Positions 15,683 through 29,804 of a DNA stretch of 64,000 nucleotides are shown piece by piece. The position numbers were made by a program, and so were the translations under genes. The stretch lies in NCBI RefSeq assembly GCF_009914755.1, contig NC_060930.1, one strand, 5' to 3'. Below the pieces are notes generated by a model, which ran no database searches, was not told the DNA's origin, and saw nothing but the letters and a program-made list of their open reading frames with translations. The stretch comes from the human T2T-CHM13v2.0 reference genome, Homo sapiens. How positions within the stretch are numbered: the stretch's first letter is position 1; every line of letters starts with the position of its first letter.

Positions 15683-16067
15683 TGTATAGTCCATTCTCAC
15701 ACTGCTATAGAGAACTACCTGAGACTGGGTCATTTATAAAGAAAAGAGGTTTAATTGACTCACAGTTCTGCAGGCTGTACAGGAAGTATGGTTGGGGAGG
15801 CCTCAGAAGACTTACAGTCATCACGGAAGGGTGAAGAGAAAACAATCAACTTCTTCACATGGCAGAGCAGGAGGAAAGAGTGAAGGGGGAAGTGCTACAC
15901 ACTTTTAAACAACCAGATCTCAAGAGAGCTCACTCACTATCACCAGAACAGCAAGGGGAAAATCTGCCCCCATCATCCAGTCACCGCCCGCCAGCTTCCT
16001 CCCCCAACACTGGGGGATTACAATTCAATATGAGATTTGGGTGGGGACACAGAGCCAAACCATATCA
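15683..16067 (-). mobile_element. MSTA-like MaLR LTR
   Basis: tagtccattctcacactgctatag...gggacacagagccaaaccatatca. Confidence 0.88.
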
Positions 16068-16972
16068 CATGGTTATAGTCTTCTCCCTACATGGGACCCC
16101 TTTCCACCCTCCCTTCCTCTCTTCTGTATGTGTGGCCCAGTCAAGTTGCTTCTCACTCTGTGCAGAGACCTGCAGGAAGAAGGTTTAACTGAAGGCCTCT
16201 GACCAGGGCTACCATCCTTTGTTAACTTATCTTTGCACCTTCCTACATAGGCCTGCTCAGAGACGGGGAGACATAGGGTGTGGCACTGAGGGAGAGCCTG
16301 TGTCAGAGCACGAGCTGAGTGGAAACGAGAGATGCTTGTCTGTGCTGACCCTCGCCTCCCTAGCAAAAGATGAGGTGGACTTCCAAATTCTCTCTGAGGA
16401 GAATATGACAAATACTAGCCACTCTGAGCAAGAATCAGTCAAACATAAAATCCTTGTTGATTCTGAAAGTCCCAAGCCTTCCTAGACAACCCATCAAGAA
16501 GAAACCAGTACCTGTCTCCATGGTGCCTCACATAAATGCGTAATGGATCAGTAGGTAATTGTGAGGCCAATGTCATTTCATCACATTGGAAGCAGGAAAA
16601 TTGAGAAACAAGTCAGAGGGAAAGTTGAGGAAATCCAGAGATTAACAAAATCCCAATGCGACAAGATGCATTTCTCTACTTCCAAAGAATCACAGCTCTA
16701 TCCAAGTAGCACGTATTTTATATAACATTTTTAACTATGTATTTCATTTGATTAAAGCTCTCCAAGCATGCAGGTAAATTATATCATCAAAATGAACCCC
16801 ATCTGGGTGTTCCTACCATGAAAAGATGCTTAATCACTGATGAAGAATCACTCTCTCCGTAGTCTTTTCCAAACAGCATTCCAGGAGTCAGCAATAGCCA
16901 TTCTGTGGGCAAAAACAAACAAACAAAAAAAAGATAAACAAAAGTCCAGGCTGGAAATACATTTTCATATAT

Positions 16973-17067
16973 GTGTAAATTCAGATCTCCCTCCCATGGA
17001 ACCATATTTTTTTCATATATACGACAAAATATATATGGCTCCACAGGAGGAAGATCTGAAACTACAC
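16973..17067. repeat. ~95-bp imperfect palindrome (fold-back)
   Basis: gtgtaaattcagatctccctcccatggaaccatat pairs with atatggctccacaggaggaagatctgaaactacac. Confidence 0.85.
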
Positions 17068-17843
17068 CTGCTATAACAATCCAACATGACTTCTGATATC
17101 AGGTGACTACATCATCAAAAAAATACAAATATGGAAAACTGTTGTCATTGTTTTAATAAAAATATTTTTGTATGCCACATATTAGAGTAGAAAAAATAAA
17201 ATGTGTGTGATATATGCATATATCGCCCTAAAATTCAGGCCACGCTGCAGAACAGCACAAGAAATCATGTGACGTATGGATTTCACCCACTTACCTCTGG
17301 CCTGTGCCACTACACAGCTGTATACTTCCAATTTAGAATTGGGATGTTGCAGTTCATTTCATATTAAATATTACATTTCATTGTTCCCATGACTGAAGGA
17401 CATTTTACATGAAAATGTTTTAAAAAGTCATATCTTGTTTTTGAATGATCTGAGCAAAACAAGAAAAATGCTAGAATACTTCAAGGAAGAGAAACTGTAG
17501 CTCTGAGTTCTAAAAAATCAGTAGGGGAGCTGTACAAGATGAAACAGTAATTTTTGGAACAACCTAATTCAAAAGAACTCAACTGCTGTAACATGTGCAG
17601 TGATGTTTCTCTTCCATTTATTAAAGAAGAAGTCCTGTGGAATGACAGACTTCTCAGCTATGAATGAAACAAAGGTGGGGCTCCATGGGAGGAAGATCTG
17701 AGTCTACGCCCGCTATACCAATCCAACATGACTTCTGATATTAGGTGGCTATGTTATGCTAAAAATGCTACAAATATGGTATAGTGTCTCATTGTTTTAA
17801 TGGAGATATTTTTGTATGCCACATTTTAGTGTAGAAAAAATAA
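17037..17843 (+). repeat. ~165-bp dispersed direct duplication (17037-17199 and 17679-17843)
   Basis: Shared ggaggaagatctga, caatccaacatgacttctgatat and atatttttgtatgccacat blocks. Confidence 0.9.
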
Positions 17844-18877
17844 GTGATGTTTTACTATTTCTGAATATACTTGGCTCTTAATAAAATATAAATGATTACA
17901 TTTACCTAATTTGTTTTTTGTTCTGTTTTGATAAATTAAATTTGATCACTTCTTGTAGCAATTAATTTATCCAAGAAATCTTTCCCAGCTACTTTAATCC
18001 AAGCTCACGTTATATCTAATGAAACCCTATTGAAGTTTCAGCAACAGATTATAATTTTTAAATTGCCTTATATTAAAAATAAAATGAGTTTAGCTTTGCA
18101 TTAAACACACAGCCAGAGTAAGCTGTGTGTGCCCAGCAGGTAAGTGAAAAGTCCACAGGACTTCCAGTTTCCGGCCTAGGATATTAGGTGTTCAGAAGTC
18201 GTCACGTCATCCTAAAAAGTAAAAAGCTGAACAAACTGAAAAATCAACAACTCTTCTTAGATCTGTGAAAGAAGTAAGATCACAGTACAAACTGCCACCC
18301 CCAAAGTTGGAGAAATAGAGAAGCAGATACAGAGAAATACAATTTACCAGAGCAGAATCCTCCTAGCAGAAACCCTGCGGGAACCAGGTAGGAGAACTTG
18401 AACTGTAATTGGCAAATTGCTAGAAGTACAGTGTAGATCATCTGAGAGATAAAAACTCCAATGAGACCTAGTTACATCAAGAACTCCACACTTTTGAGAG
18501 TTTTACCTACAGTCCTCACAGTGAAAAACAGGTAAACAAAAATAAACAAAGAAACAACCAAACAAAAAACCTTCATGCTTCCAAAAGGAAGAAGGAGAAA
18601 ATGAACCATTTGGAAATACACCAGAGCATTCAATTCTTGTTAATAAGGCCTGTCCTCCAGAGAAGCTATTTAAAAGCCTAAACTGTTGGGGTTTCATCAG
18701 TTTAAGTGGGGGAAGGAAAATATCTAACTCCAGTCTGCTCTAGCCTTCCATGTGGGAAAAGAGAAATAGCTAACTTCAGCCCACTGTTGTGAAGTTAATA
18801 ATTCAGAGGCACAGGCTCACTATTTCTGAATATACTTGGCTCTTAATAAAATCCCCCATCCCCCTACAACTCACCAC

Positions 18878-19214
18878 TGCCAACTCAAGAGTGTTAAGAG
18901 GTGGGGCCTAATGGGAAGCATTTAGATCATAAGGGCTCTGTTCTCATGACTGTATTAATATTATTATAAAAAGAGTTGACAGCAATGGGATTGCTGTCTT
19001 CACTCTTCTGCCCTGTGAAACAGTTTGTCCCTTTTTACCTTTCCACCTTTTGCCATGTGTGGACACAAAAAGGGCCTCACTAGAAACCAGATGCTAGCAC
19101 CTTGATTTTAGACTTCATAGGCTCCAGTACTATGAGAGAATACATTTCTCATGTTTTAATACAATTATCCAGACTGAGGCATTCTGTTATAGCAGCACAA
19201 AACAGACTAATACA
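18878..19214 (+). mobile_element. MLT1A/MSTD-like LTR (5'-deleted) inside the L1MC
   Basis: gaggtggggcc...tctgttatagcagcacaaaacagactaataca. Confidence 0.8.
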
Positions 19215-19995
19215 CATGCTAAGGGTTCTAATGGATAAAGTAGACAGCATGCAAAAACAGATGGGAAATTTGAGCAAAGAGATCATGATTCTAAGAAAGA
19301 ATAAGAAAGAAATCCTACAGATCAAAACACTGGGACAGAAATGAAGAATTCTTCAATGTGCTTCTCAGTAGATTGGACACAGCTGAGTATAGAAGTTCTA
19401 ACCTTGAGGGTATGTCAATAGAAACATCCAAAACAGAAAATCAAAGAGAAAAAAGATTCAGAAATAAACCAAGCAGAATATCCAAGTGTGGGACAATTAC
19501 AAAAGATGTAACATATGTGTAAAGGGAATACCAAAAGGAAAAGAAAGAAAGAACAGGCAAAATGTTTAAAACAATAATGACTGATGATTTTCAAAAATTA
19601 ATGTCAAACACCAAACCAAAGACACAGGAAGCTCAGAGAATACCAGAAGGACACATTTTTAAAGAAAAGTACACATAGACATATTCAAACTGCAGAAAAT
19701 CAAAACTAAAGACAAAATCTTGAAAGAAGACATGAAAAATAAACTTACCTACAGAGGAGCAAAAATAAAAACTACATCCAATTTATCCTCAGAAACCATG
19801 CAAGCAAGAAAAGAGTGAAGTTAAGTATTTGAAGTGTTAAGAGAAAAAAGAAACCCACCAACCTAGAATTTTGTACCCTGAGAAATTATCCTTCAAAAGC
19901 GAAAGAGAAATCTAGACTTTTTCTGACAAACAAAAACTGACGGAATTTGCTGCCAGTAAATCTGACTTCTAAGAAATGTTAAAAGAAGTTCTTGT

Positions 19996-20292
19996 GCCAG
20001 GCACAGTGGCTCATGCCTGTAATCCCAGCACTTTGGGAGGCCGAGGTGGGTGGATCATGAGGTCAGGAGTTCAAGACCAGACTGGCCAACATAGTGAAAC
20101 CCTGTCTCTTCTAAAAATACAAAACTTAGCCGGGCATGGTGGCGGGTGCCTGTAATCCCAGCTACTCAGGAGGCTAAGGCAGGAGAATCACTTGAAACTG
20201 GAAGGGGGAGGTTGCAGTGAGCTGAGATTGTGCCACTACACTCCAGCCTGGGTGAAAGAGCAAAACTCCATCTCAAAAAAAAAAAAAAAAAA
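19996..20292 (+). mobile_element. AluS (Sg-like)
   Basis: ggatcatgaggtcaggagttcaag; A-tail. Confidence 0.92.
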
Positions 20293-20934
20293 TTCTTCAG
20301 AGAGAAGGAAAACAAAATGCGTCAGAAATGCAAATCCAGATAAAGGGAGAGCATTAGAAAAGAAATAAGTGAGGGTAAAAATAAGAACATTTATTTTACT
20401 TATTCATAATTGACCTAACAGATAACAGTTTGTTCAAAAAAATAATAGCAACAATGTATTTGAATACATACACACACAGACATCACACACACACTTTGCA
20501 CACTTCTGTATAATTGAATGAATGAAAGCAATGATACAATGGACAGGAAAGAGGAATCAGGATTATTTTATTATTGTCAGGTACTTGTACTATCCATGAA
20601 TTGGTATTGTGTTATTTGAAAGTAGACTTGGATTAGTTGTAAATACATACTGCAAACCCTCAGGCACCCACCAAAAAAAAAAGAAAAAAATAACTGATAT
20701 ACTATAAAAGAAGAGAAAAAATAATGATATAAAGTACAGAATTAAAACCACAAAAGGCAGAAAAAGAGTGGAAGACAAAAATAGAGACAAAGAACCATGA
20801 CAACAAATAGAAAACAGTAACAAATATGGTAGATATCAATGCAACTATATCAATAACCATTTTAAATGTCAATGGCCTAAATACACCAATTAAAAAACAG
20901 ATTGTCAGAAACAAGACCCAACTATATGCTGTCT

Positions 20935-21128
20935 ACATGAAATCCACTTTAAATATAAATACACATATAGATTACAAATGAAGGCATGGAGAAAAGATAT
21001 ATATGAAATCCACTTTAAATATAAATACACATATAGATTACAGGTGAAGGCATGGAGAAAAGACATACCTGAAATCCACTTTAAATATAACTACACATAC
21101 AGATTACAGATGAAGGTACAGAGAAAGG
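20935..21128 (+). repeat. 66-bp tandem triplication in the L1MC ORF2 EN region
   Basis: tgaaatccactttaaatataa at 20938, 21004 and 21070. Confidence 0.93.
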
Positions 21129-23081
21129 TAAACCATGCTAACATCTGTCAAAAGAAAGCAAAAGTTATTATGTTAATTTCAAACAAGGTAGACTTTAGAG
21201 CAAGGAAAGACATCAGGAGTAAAGGGGAGCATTACATAATCATAAAATGATCAACACTCCAAGAAGATGTAACAGTCTTTAACATGTATGTACCTAAACA
21301 ACAGAGCATCAACATAAGTACGGCAAAAACTGAGAACCGTAAGGAGAAATAGATCAATCCACTATTATAGTGAGAGAATTCAACACCCCTCTATATAAAA
21401 TGAACAGATCCAGCAGGCAGCTAATCAGTAAGGATATAGTTGAACTGAACAGCACCATTGATCAAATGATACAATTTGCGTCTCTTGACCCAACAACAGC
21501 AAAATGCACATTATTCTCAAGTTCATATGGAACATTCATCAAAGTAGATCACATTCTGGGTCATAAAACAGAACTTAATAAATTTAAAGTATAGAAATCA
21601 TACACTGTCTGCTCTTAGACTACAAAGGAATTAAACTAAATAAACAGAAAGATAGTTGGAAGATTCCCCAAATACTTGGAGGATAAACAACACATTTATA
21701 AATAACACAAGTATCAAAAAGGACATCTCAAGAGAAATGTTAAAATATTTTGAACTAAATAAAAACAAAAATACAACATTAAAATGTATGGAATGCAGCT
21801 AAAGTAGTGCTTAGAGAGAAATGTATAGAATCGAATGCATGTATTAGGAAAGAAGAAAGATTTAAATCAATAATCTAAGTTTCCAACTTAAGAAACTGTA
21901 AAAAGAAACACAAATGAAATCCAACATAAAAAGAAAAACTAAATAATAAAAATTAGAAAAGAAATCAATGAAATTGAAAATAGGAAATCAATAGAGAAAA
22001 TCAACAAAACAAACAACTGATTCTTTGAAAGATCAATAAAACTGATAAGCCCCTAGCCAGGTAAAGAAAAAAAGAGAGAAGACACAAATTACTAATATTA
22101 GAAATAAACGAGGAGGCATCACAACAGATCCCACAGATATTAAAAGGATAAAAAAGGAATATTATGAACAACACTATGCCCACAAACTTGATAACCTAAA
22201 TGAAATAGACCAATTTCTTTAAAGATAAAATCATCTAAAATTCACACAAGAAGAAAAAGATAATCTGAATAGGCCTATATACATGTTAAAGAAATTAAAT
22301 CAGTAATTAATAACCTTCCAAACAGAAAACCTCAAGCCTAGATGGGCTTGCTGGTGAAATCAATTGAATATATATAAGAAAGAAATTATACCAATCCTCA
22401 ACAGCCTCTTCCAGAAGATATAAGCAGAAAGGAATATTTTCTAATTCAGATGTGAGGATAGCATTACTCAAATACCAAAACCAGGCAAAGACATTTTGAA
22501 AAAAGAAAACTGCAAACCAATATCTGTCATAAATGTGGTGTAAAATTCTCAAAATATTAGGAAATTGAATCCAATGATGTTCAAAAAAAATTTTACATCA
22601 GGACAAAGTGAGATTTATTACAAGTATGCAAGGTTGGTTCACCATTCAAATTAATGTAATCCATCTCATCAACAGGTAAAGAATTAAATCACACAGTCAT
22701 ATCAACAGATGGAGAAAAAGCATTTGAATAATCTAACACTCATTCATGATAAAAATTCTCAGAAAAATAGGAATAGAAGGGAACTTCCTCAACTTGATAA
22801 AGAACATCTACAAAAAACCTACAGCTAACATCGCACTTGATGGTGAGAAACTAAAATATTTCCTGCTAAGATCAGGAACCAGAGAAGGATATCCCTTCTC
22901 ACCACTCTTTTTAACATCATACTGGAAGTCCTAGCTAATGGAATAAGATAAGAAAAGGGAATAAAAGACATACAGATTTGGAAGGAAGAAATAAAACTGT
23001 CTTTGTTCCAGATGACATGATCATCTATGCAGAAAATCTAAAAGAAACCATAAAAATTCTTCAGGAACTTATAAGAAATTA

Positions 23082-23808
<727 letters not shown>

Positions 23809-25691
23809 TCAAAGAACTAAATAAATGCAGAGATAGTTCATGTTTATTAATGGGGAGACTCAATATTATTGAGATGCTAGTTCTTTGATTTGGTCAATGC
23901 CAATCAAAAGCCCAGCAAGTTATTTTATGGATATTGACAAATTGATTCTAACATTTACATGGAGAAACAAAAGACCTAGAATAGACACGTTACATCAAAG
24001 GAGAACAAAGTTGGTGGACTGACAGTAGCCAATGTCAAGACTTACTACAAAGCTGCAATAATCAAGACAGTGTATTTCTTGGTAAAAGAATAAACAAGTA
24101 GATCAATGGAACCCGTAATAGAAAGCCCAGAAATAGATCCACTTAAATAGAGTCAACAGATCTTTGACAAGGAAACAAAGGCAATACAATGAAACAAAGA
24201 TAGTCTTTTCAACAAATAGTACTGGAACAAGTGGACACTCACATGCAAAAAAAACCCAGAATCTAGACACAGACTTTACACCTTTCAGAAAAATTAACTC
24301 AAAATGAATTATAGACCTAAATGTAAATATAAAACTATAAAACTCCTAGAAGATAACATGGGGAAATCTAGATGATTTGGGATTTGGTGATGACTTTTTA
24401 GATACAACACCAAAGGCAGAATCCATGAAAGAAACAATTGATAGGTTGGACTTCATTAAAATTAAAAATTTCCACTCTACAAAGTACATTGTCAAAAGAC
24501 TAAGACAAGCCACAGACTGGGAGAAAATATTTGCAAAAGATGTATCTGATAAATAATTCTTATTCAAATATAAAAACTCTTAAAACTCAACAATGACAAA
24601 ACAAATGACCTGATTAAAAAATTAGGCAAATACTTAAACCTCACTAAAGAAGATACAAAGATGGAAAATAAACATATGAAAGGATGCTCAGCATCATACG
24701 TCATTAGGCAATTTCATATTAAAACAACAATGAGATACCTCTACACACTGATTGAAATAGCCAAAATCCAGAACATTGGCAACGACAAAAGATGGCAAGG
24801 GTATGGAGCACCGGGAAGTATCATTCATCACTAGAGGGAATGCAAAATAGTACAGCCACTTGGGAGGACAGTTTGGCAGTTTCCTACAAAACTAAACACA
24901 CTCTTATCATATGAGACCCAAGAATCATGGTTTTTAGTATTTACCCAAATTAGTTAAAAACATATGGCTACCCAGAAACCTGCTCATGAATGTCTTCAGT
25001 AGCTCTGTTCACATTTGCTAAAACTTAGAGGCAACAAAGATGTCCTTCAGTAAGTGAATAAATAAATAAACTGTGGTCTATCCAGATAATGGAATAGTAT
25101 TCAGCACTAAAAATAAGCTACCAAGCCATGAAAAGACATGTAGGAATCTTAGATGCATATAACTAAGTAAAAAAAGTCAATCTGAAAAGGCTATGTATCG
25201 TATGATTTCAATGATATATTCTAGAAAAGGCAAAACTATGGAGATCCTAAGATCACTGATTGCCAGGGATTAGGCAGGAGAGTGGGATAAATAGGCAGAG
25301 CACAGAGGGGTTTAGGGCAATGAAAATTATCTGTATGATACTATAGTGGTGGATACCTGTCATTACATATTTGTCAAAACCCACAGAATACACAACACTA
25401 GGAGTGAAATCTAACATTAAATGCAGACTTTGGGTGACAATGTTGGGTCAATGTATGTAACAAGTTATCACTCTAGTGAGGGATTTTGACAGTCAGGGAG
25501 ACTGCGTGCATGTAGGGGCAGAAATCTCAGAACCCTTTACTTAGTTTTGCTGTGAACCTAAAACCGCTCTACATATTAAAGTCTATTTTAAAAATTACTG
25601 TTTTAAAAAACATATGGGTTTTTTAAAGTCCACAGTAATCTCTGTGCCCCTCTCTTTTTCACTGTGATTCAATAGCACTTATTAAGCATGT

Positions 25692-26421
<730 letters not shown>

Positions 26422-29400
26422 CATATCTATATACATAACACTGTGCTAGGTTCTGTTAGGAATCCAAAATATTATGGGGATTGCTCTTAAGAACATAACA
26501 AAAGTTATCCACAGCCCTAGCAATAGCACAATTTGTATCACAGGACAGTATAGGAATAAGGGTAAAATGAGAAGTACAGGTTGAGATAGATCACTTATGA
26601 GTTGAGATAGACCACTTATGGGTTGGAAGCTTGAGCAAAAGTTTTATAGAAGTAGTAAGGATTAAGTGGGGATATATCGGATGTCAATAAGCGGAGCAAG
26701 GTAAGAAAACTTCCACTACTGCACTGGGTAGTATTTCCCTTCCAGGGTCTGTGAGCAGACAGGGCCACAAGCGGGGGATGATCTAGGTGAGCAGTGAGCA
26801 GGTGATAAGGCTGGAAAAGTCAGTGGTGGGGCCAAATTACAATAAACCCCAAATAATCAATATGGGTTCCAGGTGAGGCAAAGCTGCTGGAGGTAGACTT
26901 CATTGGAAAAGAAATTCATTCATTCAACAAGCATTTATGGAGCCCTAACCTCTCTGCCCCAGAGGAGCCAATATACAAGTATTCTTTCTAAAGTAAAAGA
27001 TCATCTGCAACTAAAGTACCCATTTATAAAAAGGGGTAAGCCTGGGACCTACCTGAGACAGAAATGATCCCAGGAAACTGGGTAGCTGGCCTGCTTTTAT
27101 CTGTTTTTGTTTTTTCTTGAGTGTCATGTGCTAGAGCTTTACTTAGGAATCCTTGAAACTTGATTCAATCTTCACTCTTCAGCAAACTGCATGTTCTCAC
27201 ACTCAGTGGACCACAAAGACTATGCTAATAGATCCTAAATTGGACTCCAAAGAAGGACTGGAGTCCAAAACACAGCTCTGTAAGAATCATAACCCTCCCC
27301 TCATCATCACAGATGCAGGCTCTTGAGGAGGGAAAACAAACATAAGTAAAATTGTATTGTTCAGATTTCCAGTTATATAAATCAATGATATTTTCCTTGA
27401 TACTGTACTGTATATTGTATATCATATGGATTTATAGGTTTTTGGATTGATTGAGCCAACTACCCTCTGTGTTACATCAGCAGGTTCTGTATCTTCTGGT
27501 GTCAGCATAAAAAAAAAGACAGTTACTTTTACATTCAAGATGAAATCACATTGTATTTTCAAAGCACATGTCATCTCAAAAAATTATGCTTAGGCAGGAG
27601 TTTTCATATAAATAATTCTGTACTGGGCAATCCATCAGAGGCTGCTTTTTGCTTTCTCCCTTTTTTTTTAAGCTGGCTAAGTGTGTGTTTTTTAATAAAT
27701 AAGTAAAAGGATAAACCTTAAAAGCTCATCTCTAATAACAGGCTGGTAAGAAAGAACAGAGAAATTATTTTCTGGAAAATAATATTCTTAAATGATTATA
27801 GTTTGTCTTCTTGATTTAATAGATAGAAAAGTTTTAACCCTTATCATTCATTAACATGCATTACTTTTGGCATGTTATATTTGCAGGTACCTATAGCTGT
27901 AAATAATCTAATAGCTTAGTCATCCTTTTATTTCTTCTTGACATTTTTACTTTTTTATTTTCAGGAAATCATAGATTTTAAAATTTGGATTATTAGAGAT
28001 CTTCTTGACCAACTACCATTGGTACAGAGCTTAACTAGTTAAAAACAATAAAACTCATTACTTTTCTCTTGTTTTAGTGTAATTATCAAAGCAATATAAA
28101 AACATTACAGAAACATTGTTACAGAGACCATCTTACTGATTTCTACCTTCTAACACAGCCAACATGATTTTTAGAATATTTCTTTCTAGTATTTCCCCAT
28201 ATGTAAATGTTTTATCATAATTATAGTAATTATAAAACTTGGCATCCCACTTTTTTAAGTTATAGGATGTTTCTAGTGGCAATAATAATTCTTTCTAACA
28301 CAGGCCTATAGCTGCCCAAAGTCAGGCCTATAGAATTGAAGCCTTTACCTTTAAGAGGTAAAGCCTGGTGGCTTTGGTACGAGTCACCATCTCCTTGGAG
28401 AGAAATCTGCCTGCCCAGACCAAGAAGAGCACAATGCAGGGGTTCCCAAAAATAACCCTGGAGAAGCAGCATAGAACCAGATTGGGGCCTGGGGGGAGTT
28501 TGAAGGCCAGATAGGAAGTCTAGCCTTGTTTCAGTGAAGCACACGAAGGCATCCTTTTTGGCCAGAAGTGCGAGCTTTGGAAAGGTATAGCAGCTGCTGA
28601 ATAAGGGACAGCGGTGAGGGGAGAGAAAACACCTGGAAAGATGCCAAGCGAGGGGAGGCGGGGGTAATTTCTTGGCTTGAGGTTAATGACATGGAAGTGG
28701 TGAAGAAAGCATGAATCTGAGACATTGCAAGTTATGAAATCATAAGATTGGCCAGAAGACTTTATTTAGAGGCTGAAGAAAAAATTGACCCAAAGGTCAA
28801 ACTTGCTCTCACTCCCCATCTCAAGAAGCTTCCTCCTACCCACACTTCCTTCTGAACTCCCAAGAAAGGAGACTCCTCTACTCATGAGACTACTGATCAT
28901 GCGTGGGGGCTGTTGATGGGGCCATGTGCGTTAATGGGTGGGGTCACTGCACCTCTGAGGGCAAAAACCCAGGCTCCATTCTCTCATGGATTTCCTCTTT
29001 CTCCTCATTTCACAGAACTGGTAAACTCCACCACCGCTGGCCCCTTCCATGTGACTCAGTGAAAAAGCAGACTCAGATGCTCCTGCACCTTTCCCTGTCT
29101 GTCTCGCTGCAGGCACACAGGAGGTTCTTGTATTAGGCACTAGGTATGGGAGAAGTGGGGGCCAGGGAAGAGCAGAAAAGGGCAGGGAAGGGGAGAGCAG
29201 AGGAGGAGACCCCATTTAGCCTCTAGCCTGAGGACTCACCAGGTGCACTGGAAGATCAGGAGCCTGTCCTGCCACTCACTGTAGGAGTCCACTTCCCATT
29301 CAGACACCATCCTGAAGAGACCAGCTGCGATTTAAACGCAGGCCTACTGGGCCCCAAGCCCAAGCTCTTCCCAGTATCACACTTGCTTGAGGCTTTAATA

Positions 29401-29773
29401 TGCAATTCAGAACCACAGGTAGAAAAGGATCATGACAATTATTTCCGTTTGTTGTTTCAAAGTGATGTATTTTGTTGGACAACAATTAAGATGTGAGCCA
29501 AAACTTGCATATTATGGAACATAACTGGGCTGGCGAGGTTAGTTACCAAGCTAGTTTCTTACGCGAACCACCCGGCAAGCAGCAAGTAGGAGGCCGCCAA
29601 TGCCCATTTCCAGTGGAATATTAGGATCCAAGGGCTGGGCTAGCCCAGGCATCTTCAAACTGTGTTCCCTGGAATCCTAAGAGATCAGCGCAGGAGCTTT
29701 AGCATCATCCAGGCCTTTTCAGCCAGAACAGATCCGTTATCAGCTTTATTTGCTTACACTTCCTAGTATGTTT

Positions 29774-29804
<31 letters not shown>

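Noticed and set aside
18113-18139. Possible 27-nt micro-exon reading RVSCVCPA before a perfect GTAAGT donor
   Set aside because: Weak acceptor and no companion coding exons in the window
20935-21128. Regularly spaced repeats as a CRISPR-like array
   Set aside because: Eukaryotic DNA; contiguous tandem units with no unique spacers
26580-26623. Short tandem duplications (21 bp here; also ~11385, ~41241, ~55394) and a 10-bp hairpin at 27240-27268
   Set aside because: Ordinary slippage products or chance-level matches
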